A DNA stretch of 64,000 nucleotides from Chloroflexota bacterium (GTDB lineage: Bacteria; Chloroflexota; UBA11872; VXNJ01), in the NCBI GenBank assembly GCA_965261345.1, contig OZ253449.1, forward strand, positions 1,088,001 to 1,152,000, given 5' to 3'. Both the position numbers and the translations under genes were made by a program. The notes under the pieces were generated by a model that was given only the letters and a program-made list of their open reading frames with translations, ran no database searches and was not told the DNA's origin. This document shows positions 42,076 through 52,195 of the stretch, piece after piece; the stretch's first letter is position 1, and each line of letters begins with the position of its first letter.

Positions 42076-44622
42076 CTATTGCGACCTGGATCCGCTGATG
42101 ATCTCGGTGCGCCCGCCCCGGCTTCGATCGGCGACCAATTGGATGCCGTCATCGATCCTCTCCTTGACTGCCGGCACATGCGAGACAACCACCACCAGCC
42201 GGTCTTCGGTCTCGGATGCCAGCTGCTCGATTCCGGCCATCGCAGTATCGAGGTGCTCCTCATCCAGGCTGCCAAATCCCTCGTCGAGGAAAAAGCTGCC
42301 CAGCCGCCCGCCCTGGCCGGCCACCAGGTCAGATAGCGCCAACGCCAAGCCCAGCGAGGCCAGAAAGGTCTCGCCGCCCGAGAGCGTCTCGCAGTTGCGG
42401 GTGCGAAGCTCGGGGTCGCCGGCAAAGTGATCGACGACCGCAAATTGCCCGTCGCCCGAGAATTCATAGCGGTCGCCGGTCAGCTGCCGGATTCGTGCGC
42501 TGCCCAATCTGGCCAGCTGCCCGCGCTTGCCGTCAAGCAGGTACTTTAAAAATCTTCTATCACGCAGGTGCTCGACCAGGTTCTGGCAATCGAGGCGCCG
42601 CCGCGCCAGCTTGGCCGCAACCGGTTCCAGCCCGGGAATCTGCCCGTGCAGCTCGCGCTGCGAGCGCAACTGTTCAGCCAGCCGCGCGGCCTCGGCATGG
42701 GCCGCGACCGCCGCGCCCGCCGGATCGGCGTCGGCGCTAAGCCCGGCCTCAGCGCACCGTCGCGCGCGCTCGCGGACAAGCGAGATCCGTCTTTGGGAAA
42801 GTTCCTGCAAACGTTCCTCGGCCCGCTTGAGTTTTTCACTAACCGCCCGCCAGAGTCCCTTGGTCAGGGGGAGCAGATCGCGATCCGATTGCGATCGGCG
42901 CAATAGATCAAGCTCGTCGAGGCGGCCGCCGCAGCTGGCCAGATCGCGCTCCGCCGCAGCCGTCGCCGCCCGCTGCGTATCGGCCGCGCGGGCAACCAGG
43001 GCCGCCTTTTCCTGGGCCGCCGCCAAGGCGCGCCGCGCCAAATCCAGTTTGACCGAGAGATCAGTTATCCATTTTTGGCGCTCGGCCAGGCGCGCTTTGG
43101 GGTCGCCCGCTCCGAGCCGCTCGTTGGCCCGGGATCCGGCTCGGCGCATCGCCTGCGCGCTCTTGCGCATCTGCGCGATCAATTCGGCGTCGGTTTCCCG
43201 CGCCGCTGCCAACTCGAAACCAGCCTGCTCGATTCGAGCGCTCAACACCGCAAGTTCCTGACGGCCCGCCGACAGCCCCGCGGCGGCGGCCTCGGCATCC
43301 CGTTGGAAGGCCCCCAGCGCGGCACGGGCCGATTCCAGATCCCCGCTGACGTGTTCACGCGCAAGCTCGCCTACGCGGTTGCCGCAGATCGGACACTGGT
43401 CGCCGGCGACCAGTCCGCTGGCCAGCGTGCCGGCCAGGTCCTTCCGCTCCAGTTGGGCCAGTTCGGCGGCAGCGTCGGTCGCCCGTCGCGCCGCGGTCGC
43501 TGCCGCGGCGGTCAGCAAGGTAACCGCCTCGCTTGCTTCCGCCTCCCGGGCCCGCAGGCCCCCAACCCGCAACTCGAGCGCTGGCAATTGGCGCATGTGT
43601 CGGGCTTGGGCTTGGATGTCGCCTTCAGATTTCGTGGTGGCCCGGATAAATTGTTCCACCAGCGCCCCGGCTTGATCGAGACCTTCCCGCCCGCCCAGCC
43701 GGGCAAGTTCCTGCGCAAGCATTTGTTCCACTCTGGCAACCTGAGCATGAGCATGGCCGACCCGCGCCTCGGCCGACGATGAGCGCTCGCGCTGGCTCTG
43801 AACGGCCCGAGTCAGATCGGCGATTCGGCCGGGCTCGGGCAGATCGCCGGCTACCGACTGCAGTGTCGACACGCTCCGGTCAAGTTCGCTGATCGCTCGC
43901 TCGTGGGCAAAATCGTCCTTGTCGATTCGCGCGATTTCGGCCTGCAACCGGTCCAAATCACGCGCTCGTGATTGGGCCAGCTTCAACCTCGGCAGCAGTG
44001 CGGCGGCGTTCTCGCCGGCCGCCCTGGCAACCGCCAACCGGGTCTCGACTCCTTGTGCGTCGGCATCAAGCACGGTCAAACGCTCTTGCGCCAATTGGCG
44101 CATTCGTCCAACCCGTTCCAGTCCGAACACGCCCTTGAGGACACCGTCGCGGTCGCCGGGCGAGGCCTTCAGGAAATTGGCGAACTGGCCCTGGGGTAGC
44201 AGGATCGACCGGGAAAACGCCGCAAAGTCCATCCCCAGGATCTCTTCGACCTTGCGGGTTACCGGCTGGGATTTGGATATGACCCCCAGCATGTCCTTCT
44301 CCCCGTTGGGACTTGACGGGAACAGCGAATGCAGGCCCTGGCCCCGGCGCCTGATTACCCGCTCAACCTGCCAATGGGCCTGCCCGACGGCAAAGTGCAA
44401 CTGGACCGCCGCCTCCGACTCGCCCTGGTTAATCAGCGAATGCAGGTTGCGCCCGATCTGCGGGGTCTTGCCGTAGAGCGCATAGGCGATCGCGTCTAGG
44501 ATCGAGGACTTGCCGCTGCCGATTGGGCCGCTGATCGCCACCAGTTTGCGACCGCGCCAGTCGATCGTATGCTCGCCGACGTAGGAGCGGAAATTTTTCA
44601 GCGTCAGGCTAATCGGGCGCAT
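42076..44622 (-). CDS. sbcC: Rad50/SbcC SMC-family ATPase
   Basis: LKNFRSY, GPIGSGKSS, Q-loop LPQGQF, zinc hook CPICG, LSGGE, FLDEGFGSLD, VVSH. Confidence 0.93.
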   Translation of the reverse strand: MRPISLTLKNFRSYVGEHTIDWRGRKLVAISGPIGSGKSSILDAIAYALYGKTPQIGRNLHSLINQGESEAAVQLHFAVGQAHWQVERVIRRRGQGLHSLFPSSPNGEKDMLGVISKSQPVTRKVEEILGMDFAAFSRSILLPQGQFANFLKASPGDRDGVLKGVFGLERVGRMRQLAQERLTVLDADAQGVETRLAVARAAGENAAALLPRLKLAQSRARDLDRLQAEIARIDKDDFAHERAISELDRSVSTLQSVAGDLPEPGRIADLTRAVQSQRERSSSAEARVGHAHAQVARVEQMLAQELARLGGREGLDQAGALVEQFIRATTKSEGDIQAQARHMRQLPALELRVGGLRAREAEASEAVTLLTAAAATAARRATDAAAELAQLERKDLAGTLASGLVAGDQCPICGNRVGELAREHVSGDLESARAALGAFQRDAEAAAAGLSAGRQELAVLSARIEQAGFELAAARETDAELIAQMRKSAQAMRRAGSRANERLGAGDPKARLAERQKWITDLSVKLDLARRALAAAQEKAALVARAADTQRAATAAAERDLASCGGRLDELDLLRRSQSDRDLLPLTKGLWRAVSEKLKRAEERLQELSQRRISLVRERARRCAEAGLSADADPAGAAVAAHAEAARLAEQLRSQRELHGQIPGLEPVAAKLARRRLDCQNLVEHLRDRRFLKYLLDGKRGQLARLGSARIRQLTGDRYEFSGDGQFAVVDHFAGDPELRTRNCETLSGGETFLASLGLALALSDLVAGQGGRLGSFFLDEGFGSLDEEHLDTAMAGIEQLASETEDRLVVVVSHVPAVKERIDDGIQLVADRSRGGRTEIISGSRSQ

Positions 44623-45787
44623 TGATCGCCGCAGCGTATATGGAGTGGAATTCGGCCAGCAGGTGCTCAGGGGCAGCCTTGCCGGTCGCTTGAGCGAAAT
44701 AGCTGCTGAAAAGGTCGTTCCAATCATCCTCGAGCCGCAACTCGGATCCCTCGGATTCGGGCGCGGTCGATTCCTCTCGGGCACGCACCAAGAACGGGAA
44801 GATCTCGGCCGCGCGCTGGAATACGGCCGGACCCGATTCGTCGCTTGAAACCGTCAGCGCCACGTAGTCGTCGCCTACTTCCGCCTGGCGGGAACGGATC
44901 CGTTCCCAGGTCCCGCTTATCTGGCGTAGGCGCTTGAACCCCGGCGTTGCCAGATCGATCGGCTCAATCCGGGCCGATCGGTCCGGTTCGGCTTCAACGA
45001 TTACCACCTGCTTCCGGTCTTCGCTTTCGCCGAAATCGAGCGCCAGCGGCGAGCCCGAATAACGGGTTGGGGCGGCGGCGAGCACCGGCTGTCCGGCGTG
45101 GATGTGGCCGAGCGCGTTGTACTGCGAGGTGGTTGGCATCTGCTGGGCGTCCAACACGTAGGCGTTGCCGATGGTCAGTGCCCGTTCGCCGCGCTGGGCA
45201 CCCGAAGGGTTGCGGATCGAGAGCACCGCCCCGTCGGTGGCCAGGTGGGCAACCAGCAACCGCACGCAGTCCGGATGGTTGGCCAGCTCGGTATCGAATG
45301 CGGCCAGGATCCTTCCCACTTTCTGCTGGTAACTGCGGTATCGTTGCGAGCTGTCGCTGGCAAAATCCACCACCACGTTCTCGCGCACGAAGGGGCAACA
45401 GGCGACCGCCGCGGGACCGGACCGGGTCGAAATTACTCGGACGCCGCCCTCCTCCGGCCGCTGCAATCGCCCGGCTAAGTGGACGCCGTGCAGTTCCGAG
45501 AAGCGGTGCAGGTTTTCAAAATAGTCGGGCGAATCATGATTCCCGGCGACCGCCACGACCTTGGCGCCGGTACCGGTAATTTCCTTTAGGGTGGCGGTCG
45601 CGGCCCGCAGCGCCCGATTGGAGGGCGAGGGCGAATCGAAGACGTCGCCGGCAATTAGCACCAGGTCGACCTGTCGTTCCCGGCAGATGCCGACCAATTC
45701 GTCGCTAAATCGGGAAAATTCGTCGAAGCGTTCAAAGCGGCCCAGTTTTTTGCCCAGGTGCCAGTCGGCGGTGTGCAGGATTACCAC
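44609..45787 (-). CDS. sbcD: Mre11/SbcD nuclease
   Basis: LHTADWHLG, IAGDVFD, AGNHDS, ALGHIH, YSGSP..DFGE. Confidence 0.93.
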   Translation of the reverse strand: MVILHTADWHLGKKLGRFERFDEFSRFSDELVGICRERQVDLVLIAGDVFDSPSPSNRALRAATATLKEITGTGAKVVAVAGNHDSPDYFENLHRFSELHGVHLAGRLQRPEEGGVRVISTRSGPAAVACCPFVRENVVVDFASDSSQRYRSYQQKVGRILAAFDTELANHPDCVRLLVAHLATDGAVLSIRNPSGAQRGERALTIGNAYVLDAQQMPTTSQYNALGHIHAGQPVLAAAPTRYSGSPLALDFGESEDRKQVVIVEAEPDRSARIEPIDLATPGFKRLRQISGTWERIRSRQAEVGDDYVALTVSSDESGPAVFQRAAEIFPFLVRAREESTAPESEGSELRLEDDWNDLFSSYFAQATGKAAPEHLLAEFHSIYAAAINAPD

Positions 45788-45794
45788 GGTTTGC

Positions 45795-47531
45795 CTAGAC
45801 CAACCCGCCGAAAGCATCGTCCCCCGGGTCGGCGGCCACCTCGTCGGAGCGTGTCGCCCACGGCGTTCGGGGGAAACGCAGGGTCAGCGGCACCGGCACC
45901 GCCGGTTGGTAGAGCACCATCTGTCCGGGGCGCAGCAGCCGCACCCGTTCGCGCATCGTCGGCAGCATCCAACCGTATTGGTCGTGCATCACCTCGGCCG
46001 CGTCCATTCGCCCGACCACCTTGATCGCGGCGTTGTCGAGGACGCTGGGGTCGACCCGCGACGCGCTCTGCTGGGCGCCGACCAGCAGGACGCCCAGCGA
46101 CCGACCGCGCTGGGCGATATCGACCAGCATCTCCTTGATCGGCGAATTGCCCGAGCGCGGGGCGTACTTGTTAAGTTCGTCGAGCATCACGATTGCCAGC
46201 GGCAACCGCTGCCCGGTTTCCTCCTTTTCCTCGAAAGTCGCCTTCAGGATCGCCCCGACCACGAACCGTTGGGCATGCTCGTGCAGGTTGGCGATTGAAA
46301 CAACCGTGAGGTTGGCCGCTGACCGGTCAATCGGGCGGGCGGGCCCGCAGCGGACCAGTTGGCCGAGCCGGTTTCGAGCCGAGGCCGCCAGGAGGCGACG
46401 AATGAAGGCCGAGATTGTTCCCGACGCCACCCGCCCGGTCCAACCCTGGTCGGGTTCCCCGCCTTCTTCGGGTTCTAGCCGCGATTGGATCGCCGCCGCC
46501 AGGCTGGGCAGGTCAAAGATCCGCCGTCCGTCCAGGCTGAGTCCCCCTTGCTCTCCCTGCGGTTGGCATTCACGTTGCAGGCGCGCGCGCACCCGCTCTT
46601 CGATGAAGCTGATCTGCGAACGCTCATCGGCAGGGTCGGTGAAGACAAATCGGAGCAGGCCCTCTTTGACGAATTCGGCCGGAGTCCAGTAGAACGGGAC
46701 AACCCCGTCCTGGCGCGAAGCCACGTCCGGGATAACGGTGTCGGACGAAGAACGCCGGGGAGGGGCCCAGTAGGAAACGGTCGGGCCGGAAGCGGCCGGG
46801 GGACGCGAAGGACTGCCAGCCAGCGCGAACGGGGCGGGTTCTAAACCCAACTTCCGCCAGAGCGAGCGGTCGGCATCGGAAAACTCATTCGAGTGCTTAT
46901 CGAGCCAGAGAAGATCCTCGCCCTTTACGTTGAAGATGAGGATCCGGGTATTGGCGGCATGGACACCCAGCGGGGTGCCGCCACCGACCAGCATGCGCAG
47001 GAAAAACAGGGCGTAGGTGGTCTTGGTTGCCACACCGGAGATTCCCGAGATCGACATGTGGCCGCCGCTGTCGCCATCAAAAAACCGCACGTCAAGGTAG
47101 ACCGGCTCACCGCTGGCATCGACCCCCACCGGTAACGCCCGGTCGCCCATCGCGTCGCGGTAGATTGCCTGTTCGCGGCTCGCCCCGGAAACGCGGTGGA
47201 CGCCGGATCCGGGACCGGGCGCCACCCAGACCTCGGGGACCATCCGGGTCACGGCGACCTGGGCGGTCCGCACCAGCTGGGCCGGCGTCAGTCCCCCGTC
47301 GCTTATGCGGTGGGTGTCGGAATCGTACTGCGCCCCCTCCATGGTCGCGTGGTTTTCAATCACGATTCCGTAGGTCCTTAGCGGTTGCGCCAACCCGGGG
47401 ATCTGGCTGGTTACGCAGACCAGGTCATCGACCGCCAGGTGGGCATTCTCATCGAGAACCACTGCGAACTTGCCGCTGGCGGCCGGATCGGTGCCGCTTA
47501 CCAGACCTACCCGCTCGCCCAGATCACTCAT
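45795..47531 (-). CDS. herA: HerA-family helicase/translocase ATPase
   Basis: N-terminal HAS-barrel-like region, variant Walker A SGISGVATKT, IFNVKGEDL, Walker B MLDELNKYAP, RGRSLG..LVGAQQ. Confidence 0.87.
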   Translation of the reverse strand: MSDLGERVGLVSGTDPAASGKFAVVLDENAHLAVDDLVCVTSQIPGLAQPLRTYGIVIENHATMEGAQYDSDTHRISDGGLTPAQLVRTAQVAVTRMVPEVWVAPGPGSGVHRVSGASREQAIYRDAMGDRALPVGVDASGEPVYLDVRFFDGDSGGHMSISGISGVATKTTYALFFLRMLVGGGTPLGVHAANTRILIFNVKGEDLLWLDKHSNEFSDADRSLWRKLGLEPAPFALAGSPSRPPAASGPTVSYWAPPRRSSSDTVIPDVASRQDGVVPFYWTPAEFVKEGLLRFVFTDPADERSQISFIEERVRARLQRECQPQGEQGGLSLDGRRIFDLPSLAAAIQSRLEPEEGGEPDQGWTGRVASGTISAFIRRLLAASARNRLGQLVRCGPARPIDRSAANLTVVSIANLHEHAQRFVVGAILKATFEEKEETGQRLPLAIVMLDELNKYAPRSGNSPIKEMLVDIAQRGRSLGVLLVGAQQSASRVDPSVLDNAAIKVVGRMDAAEVMHDQYGWMLPTMRERVRLLRPGQMVLYQPAVPVPLTLRFPRTPWATRSDEVAADPGDDAFGGLV

Positions 47532-47576
47532 TGCGGCGGGAATTTAGCTCGGCCCGAGTTTGCAGGGTTGACGCGA

Positions 47577-48581
47577 TCATTCCGGTCGCCATTGCGCCGC
47601 GGCCGCATCGATCGCTCGCCGCATCAATCCGGGATCGCCAAGCTCCCGGCGCAGCCGCCGCTCCAGGGCGGCGATCGGGGCCAGGTTCTGCGGGGCGCGG
47701 CTTTCGCGCCAGGACGGAAGCACCGCCATCGGCAGAAGGCGGGCGGTCAGATCGGCCAACCCGGCCGCCTCCTGCCGGCCCGCGCCAACCAACACTTCGC
47801 AACGGGCAATCGTAGTCCAAGGCGGCGGGTCGGCGCGCCCACCGAGGCCAAGATACCAGCCATAACGCTTGAAATTTTCGCCCCAAGAAAATAGCGGGGT
47901 GCGCTGGCCGCGCCCAAGAAACCCGGCCAGGCGCAGCTGGTCGGGATCGTCTAGGTAGGCGCGGTGTTGCGATTTGATGTAGCCGATGACCTGCCCCCTG
48001 GAGGCCGACCGGCCTAGGGTTCCATCGGCGATAACCAGGTTGCCGGCGGCCGCTTCCTCCCCGGTTACGTACGCCTCGAGTTTGCGCATCTCGTCCATGA
48101 GCTCTTTGGCCAACTGCGGGAAGTCGGCCGCCTCGGTCCGAACACTTTCGAATTCAACTCCGCCAACGACTGGCAGATCAACTTTGATGCCGCCGCCAAA
48201 TAGGCAAAGGTGAACGGCTTCCAGGCGGCCGAATTCGGCTCGCCTGGGTTGCTCGCCGGCATGCCAGCGGCAGCTCCCGGCGGCAACCGAGGCGCAGACC
48301 CCGCGCCGCGGACCACCGTCCGGCCGCCAGTAAATTAACCGCCGGGCAAATCGCCGCACCCCGTCCACAAAACAGATCGTCCTGGCATCTCCGACCGGCG
48401 GGGGCTCAATTGCCCGCCAAGGCTGATCGGTCTCCACCCGCGTGTCAACCGCCTCCGGCGCGGGATATTCGTCCGGCGGGGAGGATTCGAGGTCGAACTG
48501 CGCGGTCGAATGCTCCCAGGTGTCCACGGACAACCTGGCTGCGGGGCGGGCGGCGGGCGGGCGGGCTGGGGTTGGAATCAC
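47577..48581 (-). CDS. nurA: NurA-family nuclease
   Basis: FVDGVRR, IADGTL, GYIKSQH, GQRTPLF, RAPQNLAPIAALE; directly upstream of herA. Confidence 0.8.
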   Translation of the reverse strand: MIPTPARPPAARPAARLSVDTWEHSTAQFDLESSPPDEYPAPEAVDTRVETDQPWRAIEPPPVGDARTICFVDGVRRFARRLIYWRPDGGPRRGVCASVAAGSCRWHAGEQPRRAEFGRLEAVHLCLFGGGIKVDLPVVGGVEFESVRTEAADFPQLAKELMDEMRKLEAYVTGEEAAAGNLVIADGTLGRSASRGQVIGYIKSQHRAYLDDPDQLRLAGFLGRGQRTPLFSWGENFKRYGWYLGLGGRADPPPWTTIARCEVLVGAGRQEAAGLADLTARLLPMAVLPSWRESRAPQNLAPIAALERRLRRELGDPGLMRRAIDAAAAQWRPE

Positions 48582-48627
48582 TGACCGGGCGGGGAGAGAC
48601 TAAGGCGGTTTATTGTCGGCCCGGCGG

Positions 48628-49398
48628 TTAGCACATGTGGATTCCGCCGCAGATGTTGACCGACTGGCCGGTCATGTAATCAGCGTCCGGCGACGCCAGA
48701 AAGCTTACGAATTTGGCAACGTCCTGTGTTGTTTCAATCCGCCCCAGTGGTATACCGTCGATCGCCGCGGCCAACCCGGATCCGGGTTCGGAATCCATCA
48801 ATTTCGAGCGCACTTCGTCGATGTACACCCACATATCGGTGTCGACGATTCCTGGACAGTAGGCGTTGACCGTGATGTTGTCGGCGGCCAGCTCGAGGGC
48901 CAGGCACTGGGTAATGCCCACGACCGCAAATTTTGATGCACAGTAGATCGAATTGTTGGCGCTTCCGCGGTGCCCGCCGATGGAGCCGGCATTGATGATC
49001 TTGCCACCGCCCTGCTCCCGCATGGTGGCCACGACCGCCATGTTGCAGCGCCAGACTCCGACCGTGTTTACCGCCAGTATCTGTTCGAATTGTGCCGGGT
49101 TGAGATCCTCGGCCCGACCAGCGATGCAGATGCCGGCGTTGGCCACCTGCACGTCGATCCGCCCGAAGCGCTCGAGGATCGCCGCCACGTTGCCATCCAC
49201 CGAGGCCTGATCGGTAACATCGCCCCAAAGCGCCAGCGCCTCGGCCCCGTCGTTACCGATATCGGCGGCGACCTGCTGGGCGGCGTCCAGGTTCAAGTCG
49301 CTGAGCACGACCGAAAATCCATCGCTGGCCAGGCGCCGCGTGATCGCCTCTCCGATGCCGCGGCCGGCGCCGGTGATCCAAGCTACTTTTTGCGTCAT
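48628..49398 (-). CDS. SDR oxidoreductase (acetoin/diacetyl reductase-like)
   Basis: TGAGRGIG, ANAG, YCASK, VNAYCPGIVDTDMW, DYMTGQS. Confidence 0.92.
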   Translation of the reverse strand: MTQKVAWITGAGRGIGEAITRRLASDGFSVVLSDLNLDAAQQVAADIGNDGAEALALWGDVTDQASVDGNVAAILERFGRIDVQVANAGICIAGRAEDLNPAQFEQILAVNTVGVWRCNMAVVATMREQGGGKIINAGSIGGHRGSANNSIYCASKFAVVGITQCLALELAADNITVNAYCPGIVDTDMWVYIDEVRSKLMDSEPGSGLAAAIDGIPLGRIETTQDVAKFVSFLASPDADYMTGQSVNICGGIHMC

Positions 49399-49499
49399 CA
49401 GTGCTTCCCTCTTGAGAATTGCGCCGTGCCCGCGGCCGGCGGACGGTCGTCAATTTTGCCTATGCCGCCATGGGCGGGCAATTGGCGCCAAGTACCAGG

Positions 49500-50045
49500 A
49501 TGGTGAGCTTGGACAGGAGGTCCTGGCGCAAATTACAACCAGCGATGGCCCAAAGATCCCACGCCGCGAACTTGACCGCGAAGCAATCACACACTAGCAG
49601 CGGAAAATGTCGGCCCGCAAAAGGGCAGCCGGCGCCGGCGCGTCCTGGCCAACGCGTATGTATGGCCGCGGGCTAGGCGCCGCAACCGGTGTCATCGGAC
49701 AACTTCCCATCGGGTCTTATTAACGAATACGGCCCGATCGTGCTTGACGCGTCAATCAAGCCGGCCCAGACTCAAGGCCGGCGGCGGCAGAAAGCGCGGA
49801 TTGAACCGCGCCACCGCTGGAACAGAGTTGATGACGAACCGTCAGACAACTTGTACAAAAGGCGGAATGGGCCGGGCGCAGGTTGGTGCTGGTAGATCCC
49901 AAGGGCACCGCTGGAATGGAGCAACTGCAGCGTTAGGGTGCCCGAGAACCCGGATGCCAGGCGACAGCATTGCGCCTGCGGCCGGGAACTGGACCGCGAT
50001 CACTATGCGGCCTTTGGCATTCCGGGCAAGGCCTCCTACGGGTGA
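49500..50045 (+). mobile_element. tnpB: Degenerate TnpB (IS200/IS605 family) remnant
   Basis: Ordered TnpB motifs across frames: ITTSDG.KIP (~49532), QRKMSARK/KGSRRRR (~49598-49641), LINEY..IVLD, KRGLNRA (~49792), KAEWAGRRLVLVDPKGT (49859-49909), SNC...CACGRELDRDHYAA (to 50012). Confidence 0.78.
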
Positions 50046-50207
50046 GGCCATCCTCGCGACCGTCCCGGAGGCGGCATTAACGTATGCCTCTGCGCCAAAG
50101 TGCGTTAGGTTTATAGTTCCCGAATAATTGTTCCGGCGCGTAGCTTGCAACTTGGGCAAGTTATCCAAAATCGGCCGGCCCCGACCATCAATTGAGGTTT
50201 ACCACCG

Positions 50208-50582
50208 GTGCACAAGTTCCTCCACACCCGGGTCCGCGTCGCTGACCTGGACCGTTCGATAAATTTCTACGCCGACCACCTGGGGTTCGTCGTTAAGTCA
50301 CGCAGCGCCCGCTCCCCGCACGGCAACCAGATCGTGCACATGGAGCTTCCCGGTAACGATCACACCCTGGAACTTACCTATTCACCCGATTACGAGTTGA
50401 CGGTTCCCGAGGACCTGATGCATTTTGCGGTTGGGGTCGATGACCTTACCGCCTTCTGCCAGGATCTTGAGAACAAGGGGATCGCGATCTGGCCAGACGA
50501 ATGGAAGACCGAATTCGCCAACCTGAAGATGGCCTTCATCGACGACCCCGATGGGTATGAGATAGAGCTTCTCGAGAACTAG
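50208..50582 (+). CDS. VOC/glyoxalase family protein
   Basis: FLHTRVRVADLDRSINFY, LELTY, HFAVGVDDL, AFIDDPDGYEIEL. Confidence 0.9.
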   Translation: MHKFLHTRVRVADLDRSINFYADHLGFVVKSRSARSPHGNQIVHMELPGNDHTLELTYSPDYELTVPEDLMHFAVGVDDLTAFCQDLENKGIAIWPDEWKTEFANLKMAFIDDPDGYEIELLEN

Positions 50583-50614
50583 GCCGGGTTCTAAGTCCCT
50601 CCCGGCGGCGATTG

Positions 50615-52147
50615 ATGCGGCCCGGCGACGGGAGCGCCAATCCACCCAGCTTCCTGCTGATCATCTATGACCAGCTCTCGGCGGTTTGGCTTGAGGCCGG
50701 TCTGCGCGGGGCGGCCGATCTGCCCAACTTTGCCCGCCTCGGACAGCAGGGCACCTATTTCCCGCAGTGCTTTTCCAGCAATCCGGTCTGCTGTCCCGCC
50801 CGCGCCACGATAGCTACCGGCCTGCGCTCCTGTGGGCACGGTGTAACCCAGCTGGGATACCAGCTCAACCCGGCCGTGCCAACCTTCATGCGGCAATTGA
50901 GCGAGGCCGGTTGGCATACCGCCGCCTGCGGCAAGGTGCACCTGCGCGCCCACCTCGAGAGCCTCTACCCCGACTATCTGCAATACGGGTTCAGGGAGCA
51001 GCACATCACCGAGGACCCGCGTGGCGGGTCCTGGCTTGATTGGGTGCGATCACGCCACCCCGAACACTTTCGGGCGGCGCTGCGAACGGTCGGGGGGAAA
51101 AACCTCCCCGAGTATTCCAGCTACGGACCGCAGCGGGAAGATTTGACCGAGCTGATGGCCGATCTCCCAACGCTGGGCGGTACCTATGAGTTGCCGTTCC
51201 CCGAGCAGGCCTCGCAATCCAACTGGATTACCGACCGCGCCGTCGACCAGATCCTGGACCAACCGGCGGGAGCTCCCCTCCTATGCCAGGTCGGCTACGT
51301 CCAGCCCCATAACCCCTATGCGCCGCCGCGCGGGTACCGGCGCTTCGTCAACATGGACCTGGTGCCGGCCCCCTTGGCAGCGGAATGGCATCAGGCGCCG
51401 CTGGCTACCGGGGCCTTTGCGACCCGCGCCCGCCGGGCCGAAGAATTTGAGTGGAAAAGTTCGCGCGAACACTACTTCGCCGATCTGGTCCACCTGGACC
51501 GCCAGCTCGGCAGGATGCTGGATGCGCTGGAGGATTCAGGGCGCGCCGCCGATACGTACGTGTTGGCGCTGGCTGATCATGGCGACCTGCTTCTCGATCA
51601 CGGGCTGATCTTTAAGGACGCGTTTCACTACGATGCCTGTGTTCGGGTTCCGCTGTTTATTTCCGGTCCCGGACTGGAACGCGATCAGGTGCGCGGTGAA
51701 ATCGTCCAGCTGGAGGACATCTACCCGACGATCCTGGATGCGGCCGGTCTGGACCCGGCCGGTCCAGATGAGCATTACACCGTCCCCGACCAGCCGGCGG
51801 TCCCATTCAGCCCCGGGAGGTCGCTGTTGCCGCTGGCCTCCGGCAAGCCGGTTGACGGCTGGCGCGATGCCGCCTTTATCGAGTCCTACAACAACATGGA
51901 TTCGCGGCGGCCCAGTTTCTGGGTACGAACGATTCGAACCGCCGACGCCCGTTACAGCGTATATGGAGATGGGGGCGGCGAGCAGCTCTTTGACCTTGCG
52001 GCCGATCCCGACGAGCAAATCAATCTGGCAACCTTGGGTTCGGCGGGCGGTCTGCGCCAGCAACTGCGCGACCGATTACTCGACCACTTAATTACCGAGC
52101 AGTACCCTCATTCACCGCGCGATCTGTTCAAGCTCGGCGCCCACTAA
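50615..52147 (+). CDS. Sulfatase-like hydrolase (Cys-type)
   Basis: IIYDQL, CCPAR, GKVH, QPHNPY, ADHGDLLLDHG, QLFDLAADPDE. Confidence 0.88.
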   Translation: MRPGDGSANPPSFLLIIYDQLSAVWLEAGLRGAADLPNFARLGQQGTYFPQCFSSNPVCCPARATIATGLRSCGHGVTQLGYQLNPAVPTFMRQLSEAGWHTAACGKVHLRAHLESLYPDYLQYGFREQHITEDPRGGSWLDWVRSRHPEHFRAALRTVGGKNLPEYSSYGPQREDLTELMADLPTLGGTYELPFPEQASQSNWITDRAVDQILDQPAGAPLLCQVGYVQPHNPYAPPRGYRRFVNMDLVPAPLAAEWHQAPLATGAFATRARRAEEFEWKSSREHYFADLVHLDRQLGRMLDALEDSGRAADTYVLALADHGDLLLDHGLIFKDAFHYDACVRVPLFISGPGLERDQVRGEIVQLEDIYPTILDAAGLDPAGPDEHYTVPDQPAVPFSPGRSLLPLASGKPVDGWRDAAFIESYNNMDSRRPSFWVRTIRTADARYSVYGDGGGEQLFDLAADPDEQINLATLGSAGGLRQQLRDRLLDHLITEQYPHSPRDLFKLGAH

Positions 52148-52195
52148 ACGACCGCTGCCGGTTGGCGGTGGCATCAGCTATTTGGGAAATCGACA

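Noticed and set aside
45795-47531. HerA as part of an anti-phage system (Sir2-HerA or DUF4297-HerA type)
   Set aside because: Partners are NurA, Mre11 and Rad50, the DNA repair context; no Sir2 or similar effector adjacent
47524-47886. Alternate-frame ORF ending at the herA start, suggesting a nurA frameshift
   Set aside because: The main nurA frame already contains the conserved C-terminal RAPQNL..I..LE motif and ends normally
49689-50168. Short ORFs 49689..49895, 49744..50127 and 49842..50168 as real genes
   Set aside because: Better explained as frame fragments or the antisense shadow of the degraded tnpB
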